Positions 29,266 to 38,093 of a DNA stretch of 64,000 nucleotides are shown in pieces; the stretch's first letter is position 1, and the number at the start of each line of letters is the position of its first letter. Under the pieces are notes generated by a model. That model was not told where the DNA came from, ran no database searches, and saw only the letters and a program-made list of their open reading frames with translations. Origin of the DNA: Candidatus Latescibacterota bacterium. GTDB taxonomy: Bacteria > Latescibacterota > UBA2968. Where the stretch lies: positions 64,001 to 128,000 of the forward strand of contig OZ241986.1 of assembly GCA_965204375.1 (NCBI GenBank), given 5' to 3'. The position numbers and the translations under genes were made by a program.

Positions 29266-30594
29266 ATGAAAATGGATGCAAAAACCAAAAAATTGCAGGT
29301 GGATCAGGCTGTGAAATCGCAGTCGCGGCGGGCGTTTAAGCTGTCGCGAAGTATTCACGGCTGGGCTGAACGGCCGTTTCAGGAATACGAGTCGTCAAAG
29401 GCGTTGGCGGCGTATTTGGAGGAGAACGGATTTCAAATTGAATTTCCGTGGAAAAATATCCCGACGGCTTTTCGCGCCACCTGGGGTACGGGTAAACCCA
29501 CTATTGGCATGTTGGGGGAGTACGACGCATTGCCCAATTGCGGTGCCGAGGAGGGCACCTGGGGCCACGGCTGAGGTCATAATCTTTTGGGCGTTGCCCC
29601 GGCCGCAGGTGCGGTTGCTGCAAAGACGGTATTGGAAAATTTGGAATCATCCGGCCAGATTATTTATTACGGCTGTCCGGCTGAAGAAACCCTGGCGGGT
29701 AAAGTGTATATGGCCCGCGATGGCGCGTTTCGAGATTTAGATGCGGTGCTGGCATGGCATCCGGGGTCGAGTACGGGTGTTAGCAATTATGGCGGTTCAT
29801 CACTGGATTCGCTGGTGTATGAGTTTTTTGGCAAGACGTCTCACGGCGCGAGTGCTCACAATGGGCGCAGTGCATTGGATGGGGTGATGTTGATGGATGT
29901 TGCGGCGAATTATTTGCGCGAGCACGTTCCCGAAAATGTGCGTATCCACTGTGTAATTCGGGATGGTGGGGACGCGCCCAATGTGGTTCCTGCCTATGCG
30001 AAGGTGTGGTATTATGTGCGAGGGAAGGATCGTGAACAGGTCAATAAAATACGCAAGCGATTGACCAAATGCGCAAAGGGTGCGGCGATGGCCACGGAAA
30101 CGACTATGAAATGGCATCGGATTACGGCTGTGTACCCGCGTTTGCCAAATGATGTGATGTGCGAAACTGTACGTCAAAATCTCAAATTATTCGGTCCGCC
30201 GCGCGCTTCTAAAAACGATAAGGAACGCGTAAAGGAATTGGGATACAAAGGTGAATTTGACGGGAAGATCAAAAAGGGGAAGGGGTCACAGGGGCGCGGG
30301 TCTTCGGATGAAGACAATGTGTCGTGGCTGGCGCCGATGGGTCGGTTTCAGATGGTGTGTTATACCAAGGGTACGCCGGGTCATCATCGCGATATGACCG
30401 CACAGGCGATAATGCCTTATGCCGAGCGCGCGGTTTTGCAAACGGCCAAGGTGTTTGCAGGATCGGCTATTGATCTGATTTTGGACAAGAAGCTGTTACA
30501 AGCAGCGCGTGCGGAATTTGTGAAGGGAACAAAGGGGTTTGAGTACGATCCATTGATTCCAAAACGTCAGAAGGTCCCCGTGGATCCTCCGTAG
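29266..30594 (+). CDS. M20D/AbgB-like amidohydrolase, probable selenoprotein (TGA 29572-29574 read as Sec, codon 103; 442 aa)
   Basis: ORFs 29266-29574 and 29587-30594 share one frame: GEYDALP...GHG*GHNLLG...GCPAEE...WHP...GRSALD...PNVVP. The stop sits at the conserved Cys of GHGCGHN. Confidence 0.85.
29594..29623 (+). promoter_or_regulatory. Candidate bacterial SECIS element
   Basis: TTGC-CC-CGGCCGC-[AGGT]-GCGGTTG-CT-GCAA; the loop begins 32 nt after the TGA. Confidence 0.7.
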
Positions 30595-30607
30595 AAGGAG
30601 ATGAGAT

Positions 30608-31600
30608 TTGAAAGCACAAAGATTAATATGTACAGATATCCGGCGGATTGAATTGGAAGCCTTTGATCTGCCGCGTGTGCCAGACAATGGCATTTTGGTG
30701 CAAAACGATTATACCGCCGTGAGCGTTGGCACGGAAATTTACAATTATGCTTATGGTGGTGAACCGTCGCGTGCGAGGACATTTCCCCGGCCAACGGGAT
30801 ATTGCAATACGGGTGTGGTGCTCGAGGTGGGCAAAGATGTGAAGGGGGTAAAACCAGGTGACCGTATTGCCGCGCAGGGCAATCACACCAGTCACGCGGT
30901 CATAAGTGGGAATTTTTTTAGAGTGCCTGAGGGTGTTTCGCCCAGGTCGGCGGCTTTTATGGTTATGTGTGCTATTGCCATGCATGGGCATCGGGTTGGA
31001 CGTCCGGAATTGGGTGAGGTTGTTGCAATTACCGGTATGGGGATTGTGGGCCAGTTGGCCGCGACTTTTGCGCGAATGGCTGGCGCACTTCCGGTTATTG
31101 CGATTGATCTGGATGATTTTCGGTTGGGTAAAGCGAGAGATAGGGGGGCAGATGTTTGTATCAACCCCAATGCGGAAGGGGATGTCGCCGAAGTGGTGCG
31201 CGAGCATTGCGTGGGCGATGGTGTCGATCTGGTCATCGAAGCAACGGGTATTCCCGCGGTTTATCCCATGGCGTTGACTTTGCCCCGGTTGGGTGGCCGC
31301 TTGGTCGCGCTGGGGTCTCCGCGGGGGACCGTGGAAGTGAGTTTTTTGCCCGAGATTCACTTGCGCGAGATTACGATTCTGGGCGCGCATCAGCCCAAGA
31401 CGCCGGATAATGACCATATTTATTATCCCTGGAGCAAGCGCAGAGATCGCGAGCTAATTTTGCGTTTGATGGCTGAGGGCAAGTTGCCCATTGAAGATTT
31501 GATTACCCATGTCGCCAATCCCGCCGATTGCCAGACTATCTACGATATGCTCGCCGATAATCCCCAAGAAGTGTTGGGTGTGGTATTTGAGTGGGTTTGA
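30608..31600 (+). CDS. MDR-family (zinc-binding alcohol dehydrogenase-like) oxidoreductase
   Basis: VSVGTE, TGYCNTG, GMGIVG Rossmann motif, IEATG. Confidence 0.88.
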   Translation: MKAQRLICTDIRRIELEAFDLPRVPDNGILVQNDYTAVSVGTEIYNYAYGGEPSRARTFPRPTGYCNTGVVLEVGKDVKGVKPGDRIAAQGNHTSHAVISGNFFRVPEGVSPRSAAFMVMCAIAMHGHRVGRPELGEVVAITGMGIVGQLAATFARMAGALPVIAIDLDDFRLGKARDRGADVCINPNAEGDVAEVVREHCVGDGVDLVIEATGIPAVYPMALTLPRLGGRLVALGSPRGTVEVSFLPEIHLREITILGAHQPKTPDNDHIYYPWSKRRDRELILRLMAEGKLPIEDLITHVANPADCQTIYDMLADNPQEVLGVVFEWV

Positions 31601-31628
31601 TACCGCTTGCCGGTGTCTCAATTCTGGT

Positions 31629-31664
31629 AAAAAGCCCAAGAGATCACCTCTCTGGGGCTTTTTT
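31629..31664 (+). terminator. Intrinsic terminator
   Basis: AAAAGCCCAAGAGA...TCTCTGGGGCTTTTTT. Confidence 0.75.
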
Positions 31665-31746
31665 CTTTGACAAGTCGCTTTTGGGGCGCAATTATAGGGG
31701 CGTAAAAATGCAGATATACTGTCGAAAATATTTTAAGAGGTGATGA

Positions 31747-32244
31747 ATGGATTTTAAAACCACTGATTTGTGCGATGAACACGAAACCGATCCAGCACTT
31801 CAAGTTGCTGAGCCGATATTTAATGACTATGGCGGTATCACGGCATTTTGCGGTCCGATTGCCACGGTCAAGGTTCACGAAGACAATGTGCTCGTGCGCG
31901 AGATACTCGAAACCCCGGGCGAGGGGCGCGTTCTCGTCGTCGATGGCGAGGGCTCAACGTGGTGTGCGCTTTTGGGGGATATGGTCGCTGAAATCGCCAG
32001 TGACAACGGCTGGTCGGGGATTGTCATAAATGGTGGTGTGCGCGATGTTTCTGACATTGCGAAAATTGATATAGGTGTCAAGGCGCGCTTTGCCGTGCCG
32101 CGCCGTAGCCGAAAAGAAGGTAATGGCCGGCAGGATACGCCTCTTGCTTTTGCCGGTGTCACCTTTCTCCCGGGCGATTATCTCTACGCCGATGAAGATG
32201 GGATCTTGATTGCTACGAGAGATTTGTTAGACGCGCAGGATTGA
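31747..32244 (+). CDS. rraA: RraA family protein (HMG aldolase/oxaloacetate decarboxylase-like)
   Basis: TTDLCD, EDNVLV, VLVVDG, ALLGD, GGVRD, ADEDG. Confidence 0.9.
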   Translation: MDFKTTDLCDEHETDPALQVAEPIFNDYGGITAFCGPIATVKVHEDNVLVREILETPGEGRVLVVDGEGSTWCALLGDMVAEIASDNGWSGIVINGGVRDVSDIAKIDIGVKARFAVPRRSRKEGNGRQDTPLAFAGVTFLPGDYLYADEDGILIATRDLLDAQD

Positions 32245-32270
32245 CCTGCAATTACATATGGAGACAAAAT

Positions 32271-33638
32271 ATGCCGCAGACAGATCGACCCAATATCCTC
32301 TTTATTATGGACGACCAGCATCGTTTTGATTACATGGGCTGTGCAGGTGCTGATTTTGTTCGCACGCCCAATATTGACCGCCTGGCAAAGCAGGGGGTGC
32401 ATTTTACCCAATGCACGACAAATTGCCCTGTTTGCGCGCCTTCGCGCATTGCTCTGGCTTCTGGCATGCAGCCCTCGCGCCTCGGTTGCGTTGGGAACAA
32501 TTGCTTCTTGCCTCGCAGCCAACCGACTTATTATCAGCAATTGCGCGATTACAATTATTACGTGGGGTGTGTAGGCAAGCTCGATCTGGCCAAACCCGAT
32601 GGGTACAATGGGCGCGATGGCGATAGGCCCGCTACGTATATGTGGGGCTTTACCCATCCGGTCGAATGCGAGGGCAAAATGCACGCTGGGCATTCCAAAA
32701 CACCGCAGGGCCCTTATAACCACTTTTTGGAGGAAAGAGGGTTGCTCGGTGCTTTTGTCGATGATTATACCCGTCGCTCCAAAGAGGGTTATCACGCTTC
32801 CTGTCACGATTCGGTCTTACCCACCGAGGCTTTTGAGGATGTGTATATTGGACAGCGATCTGTCGAGTGGATTGAGAATATTCCCGGGGATTTTCCCTGG
32901 CATTTATTTGTGAGCTTTGTGGGGCCTCACGATCCTTTTGATCCGCCAGCCGAATATGGAGAGAAGTACCGCGATGCAGAGATGCCACCCGCTACGCCTG
33001 CAAATTTGCCGGGTAAACCCGCGTATTTAAAAGATCGCATCAAAGATATGACCCCGGAAAAAATCGCAGAGGCTCGGCGGCAATATTGCGCGGCTATTGA
33101 AGTTATTGACGATCAGATTGGCGAGATGCTCGCGGCAGTGGAACGGCGGGGGATGACCGATAATACGTATGTCATCTTTTCCAGTGATCACGGAGAAATG
33201 CTGGGCGATCACGGTTTGTACACCAAAAGCGTGCCTTACGAAGCGTCGGTACACGTTCCGCTTATTGTTGCGGGTCCCGGTATTGAAGGTGGTCGCGTAT
33301 CCGACGCGCTCGTTGAACTCATTGACATGAATCCCACGATCTGTGATCTCGCAGGCGTGCCTCCGCTTTCGGATATCGATGCGCGATCAATTGGCGCGGT
33401 GCTTCGCGGAGAGGCAGAGGAACACCGCACGGAAACCGTGAGTGGGATACAAAATTTCAGGTGTATCCGTACGCGGGAGTACAAATTGGTGGAGAACTAC
33501 AACGATGTTACGGAACTCTACGATTTGATCGCTGATCCCACGGAAGAACACAATATTGCCGAACAGGAGCCAGAGGTACGGCGCGAATTGTCTCGCCGTC
33601 TCTCAGCGCGTTATTTAGAAGGCACATGGTATCGGTAG
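32271..33638 (+). CDS. Sulfatase (formylglycine-dependent)
   Basis: PNILFIMDDQHR, CAPSR, SDHGEMLGDH; ATG 32271 after GGAG. Confidence 0.93.
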   Translation: MPQTDRPNILFIMDDQHRFDYMGCAGADFVRTPNIDRLAKQGVHFTQCTTNCPVCAPSRIALASGMQPSRLGCVGNNCFLPRSQPTYYQQLRDYNYYVGCVGKLDLAKPDGYNGRDGDRPATYMWGFTHPVECEGKMHAGHSKTPQGPYNHFLEERGLLGAFVDDYTRRSKEGYHASCHDSVLPTEAFEDVYIGQRSVEWIENIPGDFPWHLFVSFVGPHDPFDPPAEYGEKYRDAEMPPATPANLPGKPAYLKDRIKDMTPEKIAEARRQYCAAIEVIDDQIGEMLAAVERRGMTDNTYVIFSSDHGEMLGDHGLYTKSVPYEASVHVPLIVAGPGIEGGRVSDALVELIDMNPTICDLAGVPPLSDIDARSIGAVLRGEAEEHRTETVSGIQNFRCIRTREYKLVENYNDVTELYDLIADPTEEHNIAEQEPEVRRELSRRLSARYLEGTWYR

Positions 33639-33647
33639 GAGAGAATC

Positions 33648-34631
33648 GTGAAATACACCAAACTTCCCGGTACGGATATCGATGTCTCTGTTATTGCTCT
33701 GGGCTGCTGGCCTTTTGCTGGTGGTGATGTCTGGGGTGAGCAAGATGACGATGTATCTATCGCGACGGTGCATGCCGCGCTCGATGCGGGTATCACCTTT
33801 TTTGATACGGCAGAAGGCTATGGCAAGTCCGAACGCGTGCTTGGACAGGGCCTCAAAGGTCGTAGGCAAGACGCGGTGATCGCCACCAAGGTTGGCGGCG
33901 GTCATCTTTCTTCCGATGATTTGCCCAAAGCCTGCGAACAAAGCCTGAAAAGTCTGCAAACAGATTATATCGATTTGTACCAAATTCACTGGCCCAATCA
34001 CAATATTCCCATCGCAGAAACAGCAAGCGCGCTTCAGCGTCTCCGCGATCAGGGAAAAATTCGGGCTATTGGCGTTTGCAATTTTGCCTGTGGCGATTTG
34101 CGCGACTTGCTTGCTGTTGCGGATATTGTCACCAATCAGTTGTCCTTTAGCTTGCTCTGGCGCGTTATTGAACGCGAGATTCAGCCGATGTGTTTGGAGA
34201 ACAATATTGGCATTATCTGTTATAGCCCGCTGATGCAGGGGTTGCTTACCGGACGTTATGCCTCTGCGGTTGATGTGCCAGATGGTCTGGCGCGAACCCG
34301 CCTGTTTTCGGATGACCGCCCCATGGCCAGACACGGTGAAGAAGGCTGTGAGGCCGAAGTGTTTGAGGCGCTGAAAAAAATTCGCGATGTTGCCGATGAA
34401 GCAGGTGTTGCAATGGCAGAGATTGCCCTTGCCTGGGCACTGCAACAACCCGGTATTACATCGCTTCTGGTGGGTGCGAGAAATCCCGATGAAGTGCAAT
34501 GGAATCTTCCTTCGGTTGATCTCGCATTGTCAGAAGATATATTGCAACGCTTATCTGAGATCACAGAAGGTGTTAAAGACAAACTCGGCAATAATCCCGA
34601 TATGTGGATGTCGGAGTCGAGGATGAGGTGA
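33648..34631 (+). CDS. Aldo/keto reductase
   Basis: DTAEGY, IATK, DLYQIHWP, YSPL. Confidence 0.93.
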   Translation: MKYTKLPGTDIDVSVIALGCWPFAGGDVWGEQDDDVSIATVHAALDAGITFFDTAEGYGKSERVLGQGLKGRRQDAVIATKVGGGHLSSDDLPKACEQSLKSLQTDYIDLYQIHWPNHNIPIAETASALQRLRDQGKIRAIGVCNFACGDLRDLLAVADIVTNQLSFSLLWRVIEREIQPMCLENNIGIICYSPLMQGLLTGRYASAVDVPDGLARTRLFSDDRPMARHGEEGCEAEVFEALKKIRDVADEAGVAMAEIALAWALQQPGITSLLVGARNPDEVQWNLPSVDLALSEDILQRLSEITEGVKDKLGNNPDMWMSESRMR

Positions 34632-34636
34632 GAGGT

Positions 34637-34668
34637 ATCCGCAGATGGACGCAGATGGGCACAGATGA
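34637..34668 (+). repeat. 10-mer tandem array (x3) just after the AKR stop codon
   Basis: atccgcagatggacgcagatgggcacagatga. Confidence 0.85.
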
Positions 34669-34796
34669 AAGGCAAGGAGGTGAGGGGGGCATCTCACTTT
34701 TTACGTTTTACGTCTGCCCCTTTGTTTGAAACAAATTTTACTCGTATTTGTCTCATTTTTTAGATACGCTACGTTAGAAAAGATCAGGAGGCTCCC

Positions 34797-35144
34797 ATGG
34801 CTCATCTTCAGATTGACGACCCGGAAACATTTTTTCGCACCTTTGCAGATCTTTTGGCTGCTGGCGAAGACGACAAGCACATGGCCCGAAAATTGGGATG
34901 CTCGCGGGGCGAAAGCAAGCGGAGGCGGCAGGCATTTCAAAAGGGAGGCATTGTGACGGAAAAGGGCGTATCAAAAGAAAAATTGGATGCGTGGCTGTTT
35001 TCAAGTGACGGTCAGCGCGCACAACGCCAGTGGGAAGGCCATCACAGACGACAACAGGCTATGGGGGCAACGGGTACCAAACCACAAAAGGGATTTCGCA
35101 GACAACCCGAGGTCAAGCGCGGCTGGATGCGACAAAAGATTTGA
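34797..35144 (+). CDS. Small basic hypothetical protein
   Basis: AGGAGG RBS; 115 aa; R/K/Q-rich C-terminus. Confidence 0.65.
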   Translation: MAHLQIDDPETFFRTFADLLAAGEDDKHMARKLGCSRGESKRRRQAFQKGGIVTEKGVSKEKLDAWLFSSDGQRAQRQWEGHHRRQQAMGATGTKPQKGFRRQPEVKRGWMRQKI

Positions 35145-35320
35145 GGTAGTACACAATATCAATAGTTCGGACACTTTTTGCAAATTCGGCCTAATTCGAT
35201 AAACGTTATCGTTCTAAGTATTTAAAAAACAACAATTTAATCGCCTCAGCCGTCAATTCCGTAAACTCATAAAAAACAACAAGTTATAAAAACTATCCAC
35301 AGTGTTGAATATATCAGTTT

Positions 35321-35367
35321 AATAAAAAGGCCGATGGGCAATATCCATCGGCCTTTGTTATTTTTTT
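35321..35367. terminator. Bidirectional intrinsic terminator
   Basis: AAAGGCCGATGG...CCATCGGCCTTT flanked by A and T runs between convergent genes. Confidence 0.85.
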
Positions 35368-35374
35368 GGATCGC

Positions 35375-36349
35375 TCACCGCTCGTCGCGTTTTAAGTCCA
35401 GCCAATCGAGCTCTTCCCGTGTGAGTTTCAAGTTGAGGGCTTCGATATTGGCCTTGCACTCATCGGGATGGAATACGCCGATTAATGAAAAGAGATTCAA
35501 GGGCTGATTCAGGTTGAATGCCAGCGCGATTTGCGGTACGGTCAGTCCTTTTTCTTTCGCCAGTTCTCCCGCGCGGTCCAGACGTTTGAAATTTTGTTCG
35601 TAACAATAGGCTTCGACACAGGAACCCGGTAGATTTGCTTTGTAGTCTTCAAATGTGTCGCGCGTAAATCTGCCAGAGAAAAATCCCTGTGCGAGACTCG
35701 ACCAGGTAAATAGGGGCATGTTTTGTTCTGCATACCAGGCGCGATCCGCCTCGTTGTCAGGTCCACTGATGCTGATACAGCCTCTCCAGGGTTCTTTCAC
35801 CTGTTCTGCAAGGCTGTAATTGGGGCTGCTCACGGTGAATGGTTCCAGATTGTGCTTATATGCGTATTCATTGGCTTCTTGTATGCGCGGCACGGTCCAG
35901 TTTGATCCGCCAAATAGTCCGATTCGACCCGCTGCCTTGTGTTCGTTTAGTATCTCTACTATGGGGCCAACTTCGACATTGGGATCATCGCGGTGCAATA
36001 CGTAGATGTCGATAAAATTCGTTCGGCAACGTTCCAGAGAAGTGGTCAGGTCTGCAGTAATATCAGGCGGGGTGACTTTATTTTTTTTCCCAGTATGATG
36101 TGCGCCCTTTGTCAATATGACGGCTTCGTCGTGCAGGCCGCGCTCGTCGAGCCATTGGCCCAGAACGCGCTCACACTGCCCGCCACCGTAAATATATGCT
36201 CCGTCAAAGCCGTTGACGCCGAGTGCCCATACGCCGTCTAACAGGTCAAATGATTCTTGCAGGTCGTCTTCGCGCAACATCATTGTACCTTGTAAAATGC
36301 GCGAAATTTTTTTGTCCATTCCTTCAATTGTGCCGTATTCCATTGGCAT
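35375..36349 (-). CDS. Aldo/keto reductase
   Basis: DGAYIY, ILTKG, LHRDD, WSSLAQG. Confidence 0.92.
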   Translation of the reverse strand: MPMEYGTIEGMDKKISRILQGTMMLREDDLQESFDLLDGVWALGVNGFDGAYIYGGGQCERVLGQWLDERGLHDEAVILTKGAHHTGKKNKVTPPDITADLTTSLERCRTNFIDIYVLHRDDPNVEVGPIVEILNEHKAAGRIGLFGGSNWTVPRIQEANEYAYKHNLEPFTVSSPNYSLAEQVKEPWRGCISISGPDNEADRAWYAEQNMPLFTWSSLAQGFFSGRFTRDTFEDYKANLPGSCVEAYCYEQNFKRLDRAGELAKEKGLTVPQIALAFNLNQPLNLFSLIGVFHPDECKANIEALNLKLTREELDWLDLKRDER

Positions 36350-36353
36350 AATA

Positions 36354-37340
36354 TTATTCCCTTTCCATCGGATATTTCAATCCCCATTGTTCCCGAATCG
36401 CGTCCAGTGTCTGCATATTGGCAAGCGTATCGTCGTGTGACATGAGATCGCTTTCCAGCTTGCCTTCTCTTACGCAGCGGGCCACTTCGGCAGCTTCACA
36501 CTCGTATCCATTGCCAGCACATTCCAGTGTCACCTCTTCCTCTTTATCGCCGGCGGATAGGATTGCAGTGCGTCCGTCCCAAAACTTCGGTACTGTGATC
36601 ATGCCATCTGTGCCCAGGATTTTTGCCTCGTGCGGGGTCTTGATTCGCACGCCACATGAGATCAATGCGAGTTGTCCTTTGTCGTAGCCAAATACCATAG
36701 CCGCCTGTTCATCTACTCCGGTTTCGCCAATATGCGCCTGGCTCGAAATGGTGGCAGGTTGTGTGTCGAAGATCATAGACGCATAAGAGATGGGATAGAT
36801 TCCGATATCGAGCAGGCCACCGCCGCCGAGTGCGAGATCGAATAAGCGGCCTTTGGGATTGAGACGGGCGCGAAATCCAAAATCGGCGTATAACATCCGC
36901 ACTTCGCCAATCGCGCCGTCTGTGACCCACGTCTTTACGTGTTTGGTGATGGGCAAAAATCGGGTCCACATGGCTTCCATCAAAAACACGTCTTCGCTAC
37001 GGGCGACTTCGATAACTTCTCTGGCTTCGTGCTGGTTGATTGTAAATGGTTTTTCGCACAACACGGGTTTGCCCGCTTTCAGGCATAAGATACTGTTCTC
37101 TTTGTGAAAGGGGTGGGGCGTTGCCACATAAACCGCATCGACTTCTGGATCTTCGGCGAGTGCTTCATAAGAGGCGTGGCGATTGGGTACATCATACGTA
37201 TCGGCAAAGGCGTCGGCGCGATCCTGATTGCGCGATCCCACGGCGACGAGTTGTGCATCGTCGAGTGCGCGCAATCCCGTGGCGAACTTGTGTGCAATAC
37301 TGCCGGGACCGATAATGCCCCAGCGAAAAATATCACTCAT
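36354..37340 (-). CDS. Gfo/Idh/MocA oxidoreductase
   Basis: Start reassigned to MSDIFRWGIIGPGSIA; CEKP, EAMWTRF, GGGLLDIGIY. Confidence 0.93.
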   Translation of the reverse strand: MSDIFRWGIIGPGSIAHKFATGLRALDDAQLVAVGSRNQDRADAFADTYDVPNRHASYEALAEDPEVDAVYVATPHPFHKENSILCLKAGKPVLCEKPFTINQHEAREVIEVARSEDVFLMEAMWTRFLPITKHVKTWVTDGAIGEVRMLYADFGFRARLNPKGRLFDLALGGGGLLDIGIYPISYASMIFDTQPATISSQAHIGETGVDEQAAMVFGYDKGQLALISCGVRIKTPHEAKILGTDGMITVPKFWDGRTAILSAGDKEEEVTLECAGNGYECEAAEVARCVREGKLESDLMSHDDTLANMQTLDAIREQWGLKYPMERE

Positions 37341-37357
37341 TGTTGATCCTTTTCTTA

Positions 37358-38086
37358 TCAGGAGGTTGAAAATAGAACATACAAAATCATGCGTACGGCG
37401 AGCAGTGTTACCAGCCACTGCAAAAGCACGCGAAAATGGTGCTCGGGCACGCGCCCGCGAATCAGGGTTCCCAGGTAAGACCCAAGAGATGCCGAGGCGA
37501 TCATGCCAACGACCAATTTCCAATACGGTGCAAAGACAAATCCCAAAAACCCAAATGTCAAAATTTTCATCGCATGGCTCGATGCCATCTGAACCGAATG
37601 CGTGATTACCGTGCGATCTCGGGGCAGGTTTTCTCGCAGGAGAAATGGCATATTGAGCGGACCACTTACACCCAAAAACAAGGACAAAGCGGTTTGAAAA
37701 GCACCCAGAAGTGTGAATTTTGCGGGTAAATCGGGCGCGCGGGAAAATTTGGGCATCCATGTGATGATTAAAATAAAAATGCCCAAAAAGAGGGGCATGA
37801 CTTCCCATTCTAAGTCGGCAATAAAACGAGAACCCAACACGGCGCCAATCACTGTTCCGGTCGCGTATTGCCCCACAAGACGCCATTCGGTATGCTTGAG
37901 GCCAATGAGCGCGCGGCTCAAATTGCTGGCGATTTGCACCAGTCCGTGAACCGGGATAATCGCCGCAGCGGGGAGGAAACCCGGCATAATCGCAATGAGA
38001 ACAACGCCGCCGCCAACGCCTCCCACAGCCGCGATCATCGATGTTATACACGCCGCCCCGATTAAAAACCAATCTGTTATCTCCAT
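37358..38086 (-). CDS. TauE/SafE family membrane exporter
   Basis: GGVGGG near the N-terminus, about 8 hydrophobic segments, GVSGP. Confidence 0.85.
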   Translation of the reverse strand: MEITDWFLIGAACITSMIAAVGGVGGGVVLIAIMPGFLPAAAIIPVHGLVQIASNLSRALIGLKHTEWRLVGQYATGTVIGAVLGSRFIADLEWEVMPLFLGIFILIITWMPKFSRAPDLPAKFTLLGAFQTALSLFLGVSGPLNMPFLLRENLPRDRTVITHSVQMASSHAMKILTFGFLGFVFAPYWKLVVGMIASASLGSYLGTLIRGRVPEHHFRVLLQWLVTLLAVRMILYVLFSTS

Positions 38087-38093
38087 GCACTCA

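Noticed and set aside
29266-30594. Two separate genes or a nonsense pseudogene
   Set aside because: Same frame, the stop falls exactly on the conserved Cys, a SECIS-like hairpin follows and there is no other decay. Sec recoding is more parsimonious, though unproven.
35160-35312. Replication origin
   Set aside because: Only one imperfect DnaA box and no dnaA/dnaN context.
36354-38090. 578-aa ORF as a fusion protein
   Set aside because: The N-terminal ~250 aa is an off-frame overlap of the TauE gene; the real Gfo/Idh/MocA start is at 37340.
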